Origin: Ruditapes philippinarum
Lineage: Eukaryota
Assembly: GCF_026571515.1 (NCBI RefSeq)
Contig: NW_026854266.1
Coordinates: forward strand, 186,001 to 250,000
DNA: 64,000 bases
Direction: 5' to 3'
Position 1 is the first letter of the stretch, and each line of letters starts with the position of its first letter. Both the position numbers and the translations under genes were made by a program. The notes under the pieces are model-generated. The model saw only the letters and a list, made by a program, of their open reading frames with translations, did no database searches and had not been told where the DNA came from. Shown here piece after piece: positions 25,770-37,900 of this stretch.

Positions 25770-28369
25770 CTTCCTAATTAGTTATGCAGGCGCTTGATAA
25801 TACTGTTGAAAAGCAATCACTTCTTTCACACAGATTATTAAACTTAATACTTAACCATACTGTAGACTTGATACCGTTGACCGGATAGCGTCAATTAGTA
25901 GGCTCATTTTGCATTTTATTATACTATGTATAAAGTTTTCAAACCTTGCACTTGCCTTGACGTAAGTAGTTAAATCCAGAATAATTTCTAATTGCAGACA
26001 AGGATCCAGAAATTTTAGACTTGGGGTGCTCAGGTTTGAAATAACCAAACTATCCTCCTACCCTCTTAAAATTACGGGATTCTGAGAGACAACATGAAAT
26101 CTTTATGCTAAATGGTAGCTTCTGTCACGGATTTATATTATTGTAATTTAAATCCGTGCTTCTGTTAAGAGTTTGTAAAGAAGAAGTTAAACCTTATCAA
26201 ATGCTAAATACTAAAGTCTATTACGAAGAAGTCAGTTTTGAATTTATCAATTTTGCTTGTGTAAATGATATAATTATTGGGATTATATAACAGCTAATAT
26301 TTTGCACAACCTTCATGCAGTGTCCTTTAACTGTTCAAAATTTACTATATGGCTCTGAACATCTCAACTTTGAACATAACACAAATATCTTTAGTTGCGT
26401 CCAAAATACATTGTCGCTACCAAACGTTCCACATCATAGTGCTTGCGCATGTTACAAAACGACTTCATAAGCAGAATTTATACATTATACTAAGTTAACT
26501 GTTTTATCGGTAGCAAACAACTCAGTTCCACACTGGAACTCTTTTTTTCACTTTTATTACAATATCAAATCTCAAAACATTACATATGATTTTGACCAGT
26601 CAGCCGCCATCCTTTCCAACCCACTGAGGAAATGAATTTACATAAGTCTTGGACTTGTTTTCAAATCCTCTTCCGAATTAATTATAAGTTAAAAATTCTT
26701 AAGCATTGTATATCTTTAACTTTTATCATCAGTCTTTCATGTTTCTTATTATACAATGTATTCTGTTTGTAATGTATATTTATGTTTGTAAATTCTGGAA
26801 ATAAATATTGTTTTAAACTAATATTTTGCACAAAACCATGTACTGAAACTGAATAAAGGGTCTTTTTCTTGTCAAGATGCCCCCTAGCTTATGTTTGAAG
26901 ACAATATTTGTTCCATAATTTTTAATTTAATACATACATGTAAGAGCTTGGTTTGAACTTTGTTAAAGATTTTTAGGATTCTAGCATAAATGTTATGCTA
27001 TTATAGGAGGAATAGATATTCAGTTCTTTTTAATTCATGTTTGATTGACTTTTGCCCAAAAAATCTTTACTGAGAATAGGATTAAGCTTCAAATGACACC
27101 TCCTCCTCGGTCGCCCGATAGATTTCTATGAAATTCTACAGAAATAATCCTGAAGTAGTCCTTAACTTAAATTGCTCAACTGATTTCCATCCACAAGATG
27201 GCATCCAGAGCAAGCAATGAAATAACCTCTAAATGACATCTCCATTTAGCTGCTTCATAGATTTTAATGAAACTCTACAGTAATGACCATCATTACTAGT
27301 CTTTTACAAAAAATGTTCAAATGGTTCTGGCCCTCGTGTGTAAATATTTACTGTTTATACATCAAACTATCTTTTGTATTGTGTTATTTAACGTGTTTTA
27401 CAAGTTTTTGTTATAAAACCAAGATTATGTAAAAGTAATGAGAATTTATTTTGAAATTAAAGTGATGTAACTGAACACGATTTTCCATTTACGTCATCGA
27501 TTTTTAACACACAAATAGCCGGGCCGAAATAGCCATTCAATTACTTAAGTAAATACATTGCAAACAAATTAATAAACTGTTTGTAGATTTTGATTAAACT
27601 CTTCAAAAAAGTTATTTTGAGGTCATTATAGAAATTGTTCAAATATTTCTGGTTTGTTGGACAAGATGGCGGCAAGATAATATTATGTCTGTCTTCTTTG
27701 TTGATTAAGATTTACTGAATGTTGTAATCTTTACAATTGCTTGAATATGTCCGTTGTTATGTTTGTTTTATTGAAGGCCTTGTTGAAAATAAGATTTTGC
27801 ATTATATGTGTTGTATCTAATGCTTTGATGTATTGTCTTAATAAGTTACCTTCGTTAAATAAAGAGTGTATTATTATTATTATATTAAAATAGAAATAAG
27901 CTTGTAGTGACAACTCTTCTTCAACATTGATTCAAATATAAATGAACTTCTAAATGATTTGGTGATCTCTAGGTGAACATTAACAATATTTGCTAAAATG
28001 GTTTCATGCTTAATACAGAAATAAGACATTAAGACATCCCCACTACCCTAGCTGGAACAACAGTTCATTTTTATATCAAAGCTCTACCACTTGGATGATT
28101 TTGTTAAAAGTTAATTAATACGAGTGTCCAGGTAATTAAATATTATCCATTTAGACCATATATCCTCTGGTGAGCAATTAAGGGCCTCTTTTATGTAAAT
28201 TTGATTAATGTTTTTATCCGGAGTATTACGAGAAGATTGTAACTGTTTTTTTTTCATGAACCTTAATATAAGTTATTTAATAAACATAAGGTTTCAGCTG
28301 CTACATGTATTCGCAAATTCTGCTAAACATCTACATGTACATTATACAAGTTGCTTCAAAATCGTTAAC

Positions 28370-28560
28370 GATTACACTAAGCAGGCGCGTTGTCTGGGAA
28401 TAGCTGTTAAAAACAGTGCAAATTTATAGTTATGATATAAAAGAAAGTTAATTAAAAGGACTACAAGACTGTCATAAAAAGTTAAAAGTAAAGCTGACTT
28501 AGAACTGGTAAAAACGATGCAGCTGCCCATGAAAAAAGGCGGGAAAAAGTTAAAATAGAT
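28370..28560 (+). promoter_or_regulatory. Candidate MARF1 promoter/first-exon region
   Basis: Local CpG retention, GCAGGCGCG motif (GCAGGCGC also just upstream of the DCTN4 ATG), E2F-like GGCGGGAAA; no transcript evidence. Confidence 0.3.
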
Positions 28561-29632
28561 CTTGCAGAAAAAATCCAAAGTATTAATTTTATTTATAGCC
28601 CAATTACAAATTTACACAGACATACTTTGAAATAGTATATATCTTAACGGTTTCAAACAGTACATTTGAAACGTTTTTTGTTTTAAATACTTATAATTTA
28701 CTTTAATATTATGGAGGTATAGAGCTCTAGGGAGGCTGGATATGTTACTATATCCACCATATGAAACTTTCCATCTGAGAGAAGAGTTCCCCCAATTGGT
28801 AAAACATCCAGCATGAAAACATCAAAGAATACATTTTTTTTGACATACGTAGCCAATACCAACAATGTGTTTAATACACTTTAATAGAAGCATGGCTCAG
28901 TCTCTTTATTGAAGCCAAGATTATTTATTGTACGGATATAGTACGTTCATCATGGGTAGTATGGTAGAGACTTTTATACCTTTAATTGGCCATTTTGTAA
29001 ACAATAAAACTTTCCAAGTTGTTTTTCGAAAATTATGACATTTGGGACTATTTTGTGAAAATGTAGACTGAAAACGCCAGGTATTTTGCTTCATTTGATT
29101 TAAATGATTGTTTTAATGTATCAAATTTCTATTGTCATATGTAAGAATGAAAAAGAAACAAAATTATAGTAAGGTCAGCTGTTGATCAGTTGATTGGATG
29201 TATAATTAACTGTTCAATGTGTAGCTACATGTATTTGCCTTTGGCCGTGAACTACATGTAACTAGTAATGTAAAAATACAGATTTGAATTTCACAAGTAA
29301 GTTTATAAGTTACACCACCATGTTATTTTCAATCTTTAATAAACTTGTCAACAACAAAAACTACTATGTCCCCTAGTCTCAATATTTCTACTGCAAGACA
29401 GACCGATTTTATAATCTGATATTTCATAGATGTCTGTCTTTAAAGGGCGACCATCGTCTTTATAATAAAAAGCCCTAAAGCGCACAATTTGTTGGGCTAA
29501 GTACTATGTCCCAAATTTTATTTTTCTTTCTCTTGTTTTTCTTGGATATAAACAGCTAGATTATAATATTTCATTATTTGGCAATAAAGTTTGGATTTTA
29601 TTTATTTTTAATTTTGTAATTTTCTTTTGCAG

Positions 29633-29660
29633 ATCATGGCTATAATATAATATGAATAAG
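29633..29660 (+). other. Putative MARF1 5'UTR mini-exon with uORF MAII*
   Basis: Long pyrimidine tract ending TTTTGCAG; AAG|GTTAAG donor. Confidence 0.35.
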
Positions 29661-31139
29661 GTTAAGCCTCAAATGGAGCTTTGATAGAATTTATAATGTA
29701 TTTCACTATTTTGACAATATTTGTGACATGCCCATCCAAGGGTATATATAGGCCTAGTGAGTGAACAGGTGAAAGTCAAAATAAGTTTACATTTTGCCAT
29801 AATTCCTTTCAATGTTATACTTTAATTTTCATGAACGAGAAATAACTCTCATGGCCCTAGAGGAGAGATCTTTTATAAATATCCATCAGAAATTTACCTG
29901 TAACACTCAATTTATAAAACAAGTGTGATGTAGTCTTTTTTAATATTTTAGGCAGCTTTATAGCTAACCTAACTTGGTCATTCACCATTATAACAGTCAA
30001 CAACACTTAGAACTGCACACTTCTGGCTCACAATATCTGAATAAAATCCATCCGTCAGTCATAGATTCACTTAAATTCAAATTTCAAGATTAAAATTTCC
30101 ATCTTGGGAAACGGAAATCTACAGAAAGTTCTGTTGATATTGACTAGGCATCTATTTCTATTTATGTACTTTTAACTTTATGACAAATTCATTAAATTAT
30201 CTTGAACATCCCAATTTGGAAAAGAACTTTTGCGCAATTTCGTATTTTGATTGATGGTAAATGGGAAAGTTATTCCAAATGTTTTAATTGAATGGGAATC
30301 ATGATGAGACAGGAAACCAGAAAAACTGATCCCGACAAGCTTAATACATAAAAGTGCAGGTTACCTGGTGGGTAAAGTCTTGTACAGATTCCTGGCGTGC
30401 TCCAAAAATAAAAAAACAATGAACCAAAATAACCTCCGATGAAGAGCAGGCAATTGAGAGCTCTGCACTGTAACTTTGTCATGCATTGTAGGATTTCTAA
30501 ACATTTGCTTATACAGCCTTTATTCATAGACTGATACTTTTCATATTTAGAAGGAACATACCTTGGATGATCCAGTGTTGGGAGTCACAAGGTCAAGGTC
30601 ACTTGTGCCATCAATAGAATTTTTACACTTTTTCTTATATCTAGAAGAATATACTTTTAAGTGAACCTTTAAGTTTGGGGTCACTGGGTTCAAGGCCTTT
30701 CACTTATATATATTTGATAAATTTTGAATATTTTTCAACTTCATCGCATAGCAATAACATGCCAACTTAAATTTTTCACACTAACAAAATGTCATGACTC
30801 TGTCAAGTTATATACTATGTCTTTTGGGCAGGGGTATTGTGTTTAAGAAACACATTCCTGTTTCTGATCAAGATGGCATGTAAAAATTTATTTTCGATAT
30901 CACTGCTTCAGTTCAAATCAAATAAGCTAATAATGATAGACATAACAGTGTTACGGACAATCAGTGCTACATGTAAACAAACTACTTGCAGCACAAAAAT
31001 GTAATATTTTCAATCTGACTCAAGTTCAGATTTTCTTATGATGACATTTTTGTGCTGCAAGTACCTAACTTAGGATAATTATAAATGGAGCAAATTTTAT
31101 GCTTTTATCTGTAAATAACAACATATATTTTATTTTCAG

Positions 31140-31247
31140 AACTTTGAGAGGGAGGGGGGCTATTTGCAAGAGATGGACAAAAGGATGAGAAAGTTATTTG
31201 GACCGAAAGTGAACTACATATTATAATGATTAAATAAACTATAGCAT
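31140..31247 (+). other. Putative MARF1 5'UTR exon carrying a 17-codon uORF (31173-31226)
   Basis: TTTTATTTTCAG acceptor, GTAAGT donor; the next acceptor at 31757 opens the start exon. Confidence 0.55.
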
Positions 31248-31766
31248 GTAAGTATAAGACTATCTTTTCTTTTGAATTATTAAGGTTTTTAGTTTCATTT
31301 CCTGGTGTTGATATTGGTTTTGGTACTCTTATCAGCATATTTTTATATGTATTTGCATGCAACTTTTATTTCTCATTAGCTACTACAGTCATTGATATTT
31401 GGATGGTCATAATATACATGTATATGGTCACTGACATAGAAATATATATCTTTAACATTGATGTTTACTGAAATTAACTTTTCATATGGAGTGTTTATGG
31501 GTTGAAAGCCTACAAGTCATGCAAGTTCTTTCGCATTAATGGTGAAGGTGTTTACTTAATTCTTCACACTTGTTTTCAGGGTTTTAAGTGTAGGCCATCT
31601 ACCAATTACACATAACTAAAGCATGGACTTTAATTGAATTGATCCATTTGTGAATTAATTTTTTTGGTCTGCAGTTGGAGAATTTTCAATGAATATTTAA
31701 TAAGATAGTTACAATAAATATGTAGGAGCTATAAATAATAATGTTGTTATTTTGCAGCTTTAAGCT

Positions 31767-31979
31767 ATGGCAAAATCTGATGAAACTTCAGTCTGTTTAC
31801 CTATTGGTGTATTCTGGGACATAGAAAACTGCTGCGTACCTAAATGGAAATCTGCCCTTCTTGTGGTGAAAGCTGTCCGAGAGAAACTCTTCAATGGCCA
31901 TCGTGAGGTGGAGTTTATGTGTGTCTGTGATACATCCAAGGAGAGAAAATATATTATACAGGAGCTAAATCAAGCTCAG
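31767..31979 (+). CDS. MARF1: MARF1 coding exon 1 (NYN start)
   Basis: Acceptor AG at 31756-31757, in-frame TAA at 31761, ATG at 31767; [22 protein letters not shown]...QELNQAQ. Confidence 0.93.
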
Positions 31980-34900
31980 GTAAAGGTCATGTTCCAACTT
32001 TATCTTGTGTTCAAATATTATCTTTCAAATATTAAGCACTATGAAATGATAGAATTTATTCATTTTCAACCCAGATTATCATAACTTTGACATGAAATAA
32101 CTTGCCTATTTTACTGCTGTTATTTCTAATCCCACGTTGGTGTGACTTAAAACTCAACAAAATAAATGAAATATTTCCTATTATTAGGCCTTTTGTAACT
32201 CACTAAATTCATGAGTTGTCACGATCTTTTGGAAGTTTTTACTCAAGTCCTTCAGCTTGGACTTACTAAAGTTCTACTGTATAGTAAAGTGTCTTAATTT
32301 ATTCTTTATCATTATTTTGTCCTTTTATGAAACAGGTTAATCTGCAGTGCATATAATGTCAGAAGAGTTTGTTTGAATTGACAGATCAGTTTTCTTTCTA
32401 GGTAAATGTTGTACACATAGATGCAGTTAGCAAGAATGCTGCAGACGACAAATTACGACAAAACATCCGACGGTTTGCAGATACACATTTGCCTCCTGCG
32501 AGAATAGTCCTGATTTCAAGTAAGATATTATTTCAGTTACATAATGTTTTTATGGCAGAACGTTTTCATTGGTTCAGATAATTGTTAAATTTGGTCTTAT
32601 TGTTTTTGTAAAATTTTTGTGTTCTCTGTTGTTTGACATTGCTGCCATTATGTGTAAGCATGCATCTAATGCTTTGTGACAGAATAAAGAAAACAAACAT
32701 TATTACCTTAACATTTAAAGTGCATAAACTGTACTGTAATAATGTTGATTCATGTCTTTCTTTATACAATATATGTACAATTATCTTTAACAAGGAAAAT
32801 ATTTTTCGGAAATTTTTTTGGGGAAAAAGTTGGAAAATTTAACAAAAATACAAATGATCAGCATTTAAAATTTTTGTCATAGAGTTAATGTAAGGACTAA
32901 CATCAATTCAATTTAGCTAATGTTATATTGCAGTTTACCTAAAAGGCCTTACTTGAAATAGCAGAAGTTATCTCCAGACTGATCATGCCTAAACTATTGA
33001 ATTGTTTGCCTTTTCCTTTTCAAGGGCATGCTAAGCAGTGAAATGGGGCACGCCCAAGAATTATGAAGTGTAAATACTTGTGCACAACTAGTTATAAAAC
33101 AGGAAAGGCTTAGAGTTACAATGATGTATTCACCAACAAGTTTTTAGTAAAAGTGGAAAGCTGCCATATAACCATCGCACTGTCAGTTTAACTAAAAATC
33201 TTTTAAAAATAATAATGATCTTTATTTGCAGGTGATGTAAATTTTTCCACTGACTTGTATGATCTCCGATACAGGAAGAAATTTGACATAATCCTTATAC
33301 ACAGTCACCATGTCCATGACTCGTTAATACACTCTGCGACTGAAAATTACTTATACGAAGACCTGATTAAAGATATCCCTTGTAGATCTCCTTCAAAGGT
33401 AACTTTCACCTTGACTATTCAAAGAACAAGGAGATCTATTGTACTCATCTTGGCATTGGGGTCACAGACTGGTTAAGTTTTTGCAAGCAAGTTGTACTTT
33501 TCCAGAACTATTGAAGGGAATTTGTTTTGAAACTATACAAACTTATTTGGGAGCATTATCGAAGGTCACGGTCCATTATGACCATAACTCTAGCATTGTT
33601 ATTGACAGAACTATGACCCTTTTTTAACTTGGAAAATTCTACATTATCCAGGCTCTTGTTTTTCTGTCAAGCACTAAAAATAGTCAAGATGGACAGTTCT
33701 TGTTCATGTCAAATTTCGTGTAACTGGTCACATTAAGTAAACCAGTGCATGCATAAAATCTACATTCTAATATGGATAATTTGCTTTTTGTGTCGCCTCT
33801 ACGGAGTAGTGGCGACATATAGGGATCACTTCTCCGTCTTCTGTCTGTCTGTCTGCACTCACAGGACAGTAATTATGTGGCTAGAGGGACAGTAGGTAAC
33901 TGTTCTTTCTCTTTGATGTCATTCATTCCGTAATGCTTTTATGTGGCTATTTTCTTTAGTGTGGCTAAAAAGAACAAAAGAGAGAACAATAGAGTAGCCA
34001 CATAATTACTGTCCTGTGAGAACGTCCGTCCGTCACAAAACTTGTCCAGACTACTCGTCATAAACTACTGGTGCAATTTCATCCAAACTTTACAGGAATG
34101 ATCAGTACCAAGTCTAGTTGTGTATATTGTCAGCATTTTCCGGTTCAATGATTTTTGTAAGAGTTATGGCCCTTTAATAATTTTTATTTTTAAAGTTTGT
34201 CCAGACTACTTCTCTTATACTACTAATGCATTTTCAATGAAACTTTACAGGATTGATCTGTAGCTCAAGTCCTTGCGCATATTGCACGGGTTTTCTGGTT
34301 GAATGATTTTTGGCTGAGTTATGGCCCTTTGATAAAAAGGTGTTTTTTTCTGTGTGTTGCCAGATACACAAAAGCTTGTCCGGACTACTCCTCATAAACT
34401 ACTGGTGCAATTTCATCCAAACTTTACAGGAATGACCAGTACCAAGTCTAGTTGTGCATATTGTCAGCATTTTCCGGTTCAATGATTTTTGTCAGAGTTA
34501 TGGCCCTTTAATAATATTTATTTTTAAAGTTTGTCCGAACTACTTCTCTTATACCACTAATGCAATTTCAATGAAACTTTACAGGATTGATCTGTAGCTC
34601 AAGTCCTTGTGCATATTGCACGGGTTTTCCGGTTGAATGATTTTTGGCCGAGTTATGGCCCTTTGATAAAAAGGTGTTTTTTTCTGTGTGTTGCCAGATA
34701 CACAAAAGCTTGTCCGGACTACTCCTCATAAACTACTGGTGCAATTTTATCCAAACTTTACAGGAATGATCAGTACCAAGTCTAGTTGTGCACTGTCCAT
34801 CTGTCTGTCCGTCTGTCACAAAACTTAAGATCACTTACTTATGGCGCAGTTAAAATGACCACCCCTGAATTAAATCTTAATCTGCCGGTACCTATATTGA

Positions 34901-37900
34901 TTAGCTTTTCTCACAAATACAGAGTGTGGTCAGATTTTAGCTGATCATCTTGAGATTTTCATCATTTTTAAAGGTATATGTAAGGAACTATTAGAGATAA
35001 ATTGTTTTTAAACATTAAGAAACCAGGACAAAATGTTCATAACAATTGCTTGGGATAGTACCTCGCTCTCTGGTTATTAAACACCTTTACTAAATAGGTT
35101 TGTCTGTAAAAGTGTTGGCACTATTTTTAGTCTCAGTTTTATGTTCATTTGCTGGCTTTTTAGGATCTATTCCAGAACTAATAATAAGATGAAGATTGAA
35201 AACTGCTTAATCCTGCTGAATTTACACATGCGACCAGTGCAGACCAAGATCAGCCGACACATTTTTGCCGATTAATCATGGTCTGCACTGTTAGCTCTTA
35301 AGAGGAATAGTTTTGTCCAGATTGAACGACAGACAACTTCATTTACGATATTAAGTATGGCACTGGCTAACTAATCCATTTTGCTCTTTAGGCTGAATTT
35401 GTTTGACTAAAATGGAATTTTCTTTTTCTTTTGCAGGGTATAGATGGGGATGTTGAATTGACTGTTACTGGATTCCCTGAAGATTTAGATCATAAATGTG
35501 TGAAATCTAAGCTTCAAAAACTGTCCTCTAACACAGGTGGTAGAGTAGTGTGTGTGACTGACGAATATGCCTTATTACGATTCAAAACAAACACCTTGGC
35601 AAAACGGTATGTTGTCTTTAATATTGTTTTTGAAATAACTTTGTTCGGCTAATAGACTTTATTTATACATAATTATGTAATAAAATTGTTCTAAATTTAT
35701 GATTTTATAAATCTATTTTATGCAAAAAGTGTGATATTTTATATAATACTCCTCTTTGAAGAAGATGGAATATGTTGCTTTGTACTGTGTCAGTCAGTCT
35801 GTCAGTAGGTGGCACCTTGTCTGACTAGAGAACACTTTCTGTCCAAATATTTTGTGTGGAGGTTTGTCATGACAAGAAGATGAGCCTTATTGATTTTGAA
35901 GTTTGTAGGTCCAAAGGTCACTGGCCTAGATCACTAAAAGCTTGTCCAGCTAATTTACACTAAGTCTTTGGCTAAGGGCAAGAATATTTTTATGAGAAGG
36001 TTTTTCATCATAAGAAGATGACCCATACAGATTTTGAGGTCATTTGGAAAATGATTAACAGCACCATGGCCTAGAAAGTTAAAAGAGTGTCAGACAGGTA
36101 CCTAGGGATTATGTTAAAAGCTTTAACTTGAATTTGAATCTCAAACTTGAATTTTAGCCTACAGTCTTGAGATTAAGTGTGGAGATTTGTAATGAATAGT
36201 ACATGTAGATTAACCCTATTGATTTTGCGGTTAAAGATCATACTGACCAATAACTGACCAATAACTAAATAATGCTTTAGCCTACTGACTTCAGATTTGA
36301 TGTGCATTTTGATCATGACTAGTAGATGACCACTATTGATTTGAAGGTCATTCTTTGAAAGGTTGATTTGAAGGTCATTCTTTGAAAGATTAGTAACCGT
36401 GTTCTTGACCAGTAAAAGCTTGCACTACCAATAACTAGGGATGATTTTGTCCTGCAGTCATTAAATAAGGTATGAAGATTAGTCATTACCAAAACATTCT
36501 GTAGTTATAGGTTAAGCAAGCTTTAAATGATCAAGGCCAGTGATCTTGACCTTGGTAAAACTTACCAGGGTCATTTACTATTCATAATGACACTCCAAAC
36601 TTAATCTTAGGACTTAAGGAACATGGGTTTCAATTAACTGGTCTGCCAATCATTAAAATAATGGTGACCTGGAACTTTGACCTGCTGATCTCAAAATCAG
36701 TATGGTCATCTGGTAACTTTAGTTTATATAAATTTAAACACATTTGTTAGAAACAAGATTTTTTTGGTTAAAGACACTAAAATTCCTGAAATTACATGTT
36801 TGTAATGCTGATGTACTTTGAGATAAGATGGTCACGGTGTCTTTAACCAAAAAATCTTGATGAATTAATTAATTGAGAAGGCCTTTGATTAAAATTTGCT
36901 TTTTGTCACATGTACATTGCAATAAGCAGAGAATATCAAATTCATAGTGAGTATGTAAACAGTTGTATGTACAAGATTATGTAATAATGTTGTGATAAAA
37001 CTATTTTAAGTGAATACAAAAGTTGGGTGTCACCGATCTTAGTTTTGAGTTATCTACCCTTGAATCAGACTTGTATACTTTTTTTTTGTGTCATTTTAAG
37101 GGCAGAAAACTTATACAAACCTCTACGAAATCTTGTTTTTACTTGTGGACAAGGTTAGCTTTTAAAAAAGCTAGTAGCAACTTGCTTCGTAATTTTTTTC
37201 CAGGGATGTGTTTAAATGTAAAAATGACAGTTCTGTTAGCTGAAGAGACTTGGCTAAATAATTTTGGATTCCAGCCCTGGCAGATAAATTTTGTAGAAAG
37301 CTGGAAGCCAAGCTTCGATTAAATTTTTGGATGGATTCGGAGTTTTAGGTTGTTTCTCAGTAAAATCCTAACGTAAACGGCGAGCTGGCATTATGTTTTT
37401 TTAGCTCACCTGTCACAAAGTGACATGATGAGCTTTTGTGATTGCTTTTCGTCTGGCTTCTGTCCGTCCGTCGTCTGTCCGTAAACTGTTACTTTAAATG
37501 ACATCTCATAAACTGCTAAGCCAATTTCATTCAAACTTCACAGGAATGTACCTTTGGTGATTAAAAACCCAAATTAACAAGTATTCTGACTCAGGTGAGC
37601 GATTTAGGGCCATCATGGCCCTCTTTTCTTCTAATTGTTGATCACAATGCATAATAACATGCAATTCTATAAGATATATCTGTTAATAATTTTTTGTTTG
37701 AATAAGGGGACTTAAAATTCTGTTTTAAAAAAAAAAGAAAAAATGCCACAATCATGTTTAGAAATTAAACAATATGCTCTTTATTTGTCAATTATTGCAC
37801 AATGAAAATTAGAAAAGTAAGGTATTGTTTACCTTTATTAGTCCCTGTACCGGAGGGGACTTTAGGTTTACCCTCTGTTCATATGTCCGTCCATCCGCAC

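Noticed and set aside
27661-27673. YY1-like CAAGATGGCGGC promoter motif
   Set aside because: It lies within a decayed HINE-like repeat that carries similar text at ~27195; no independent support.
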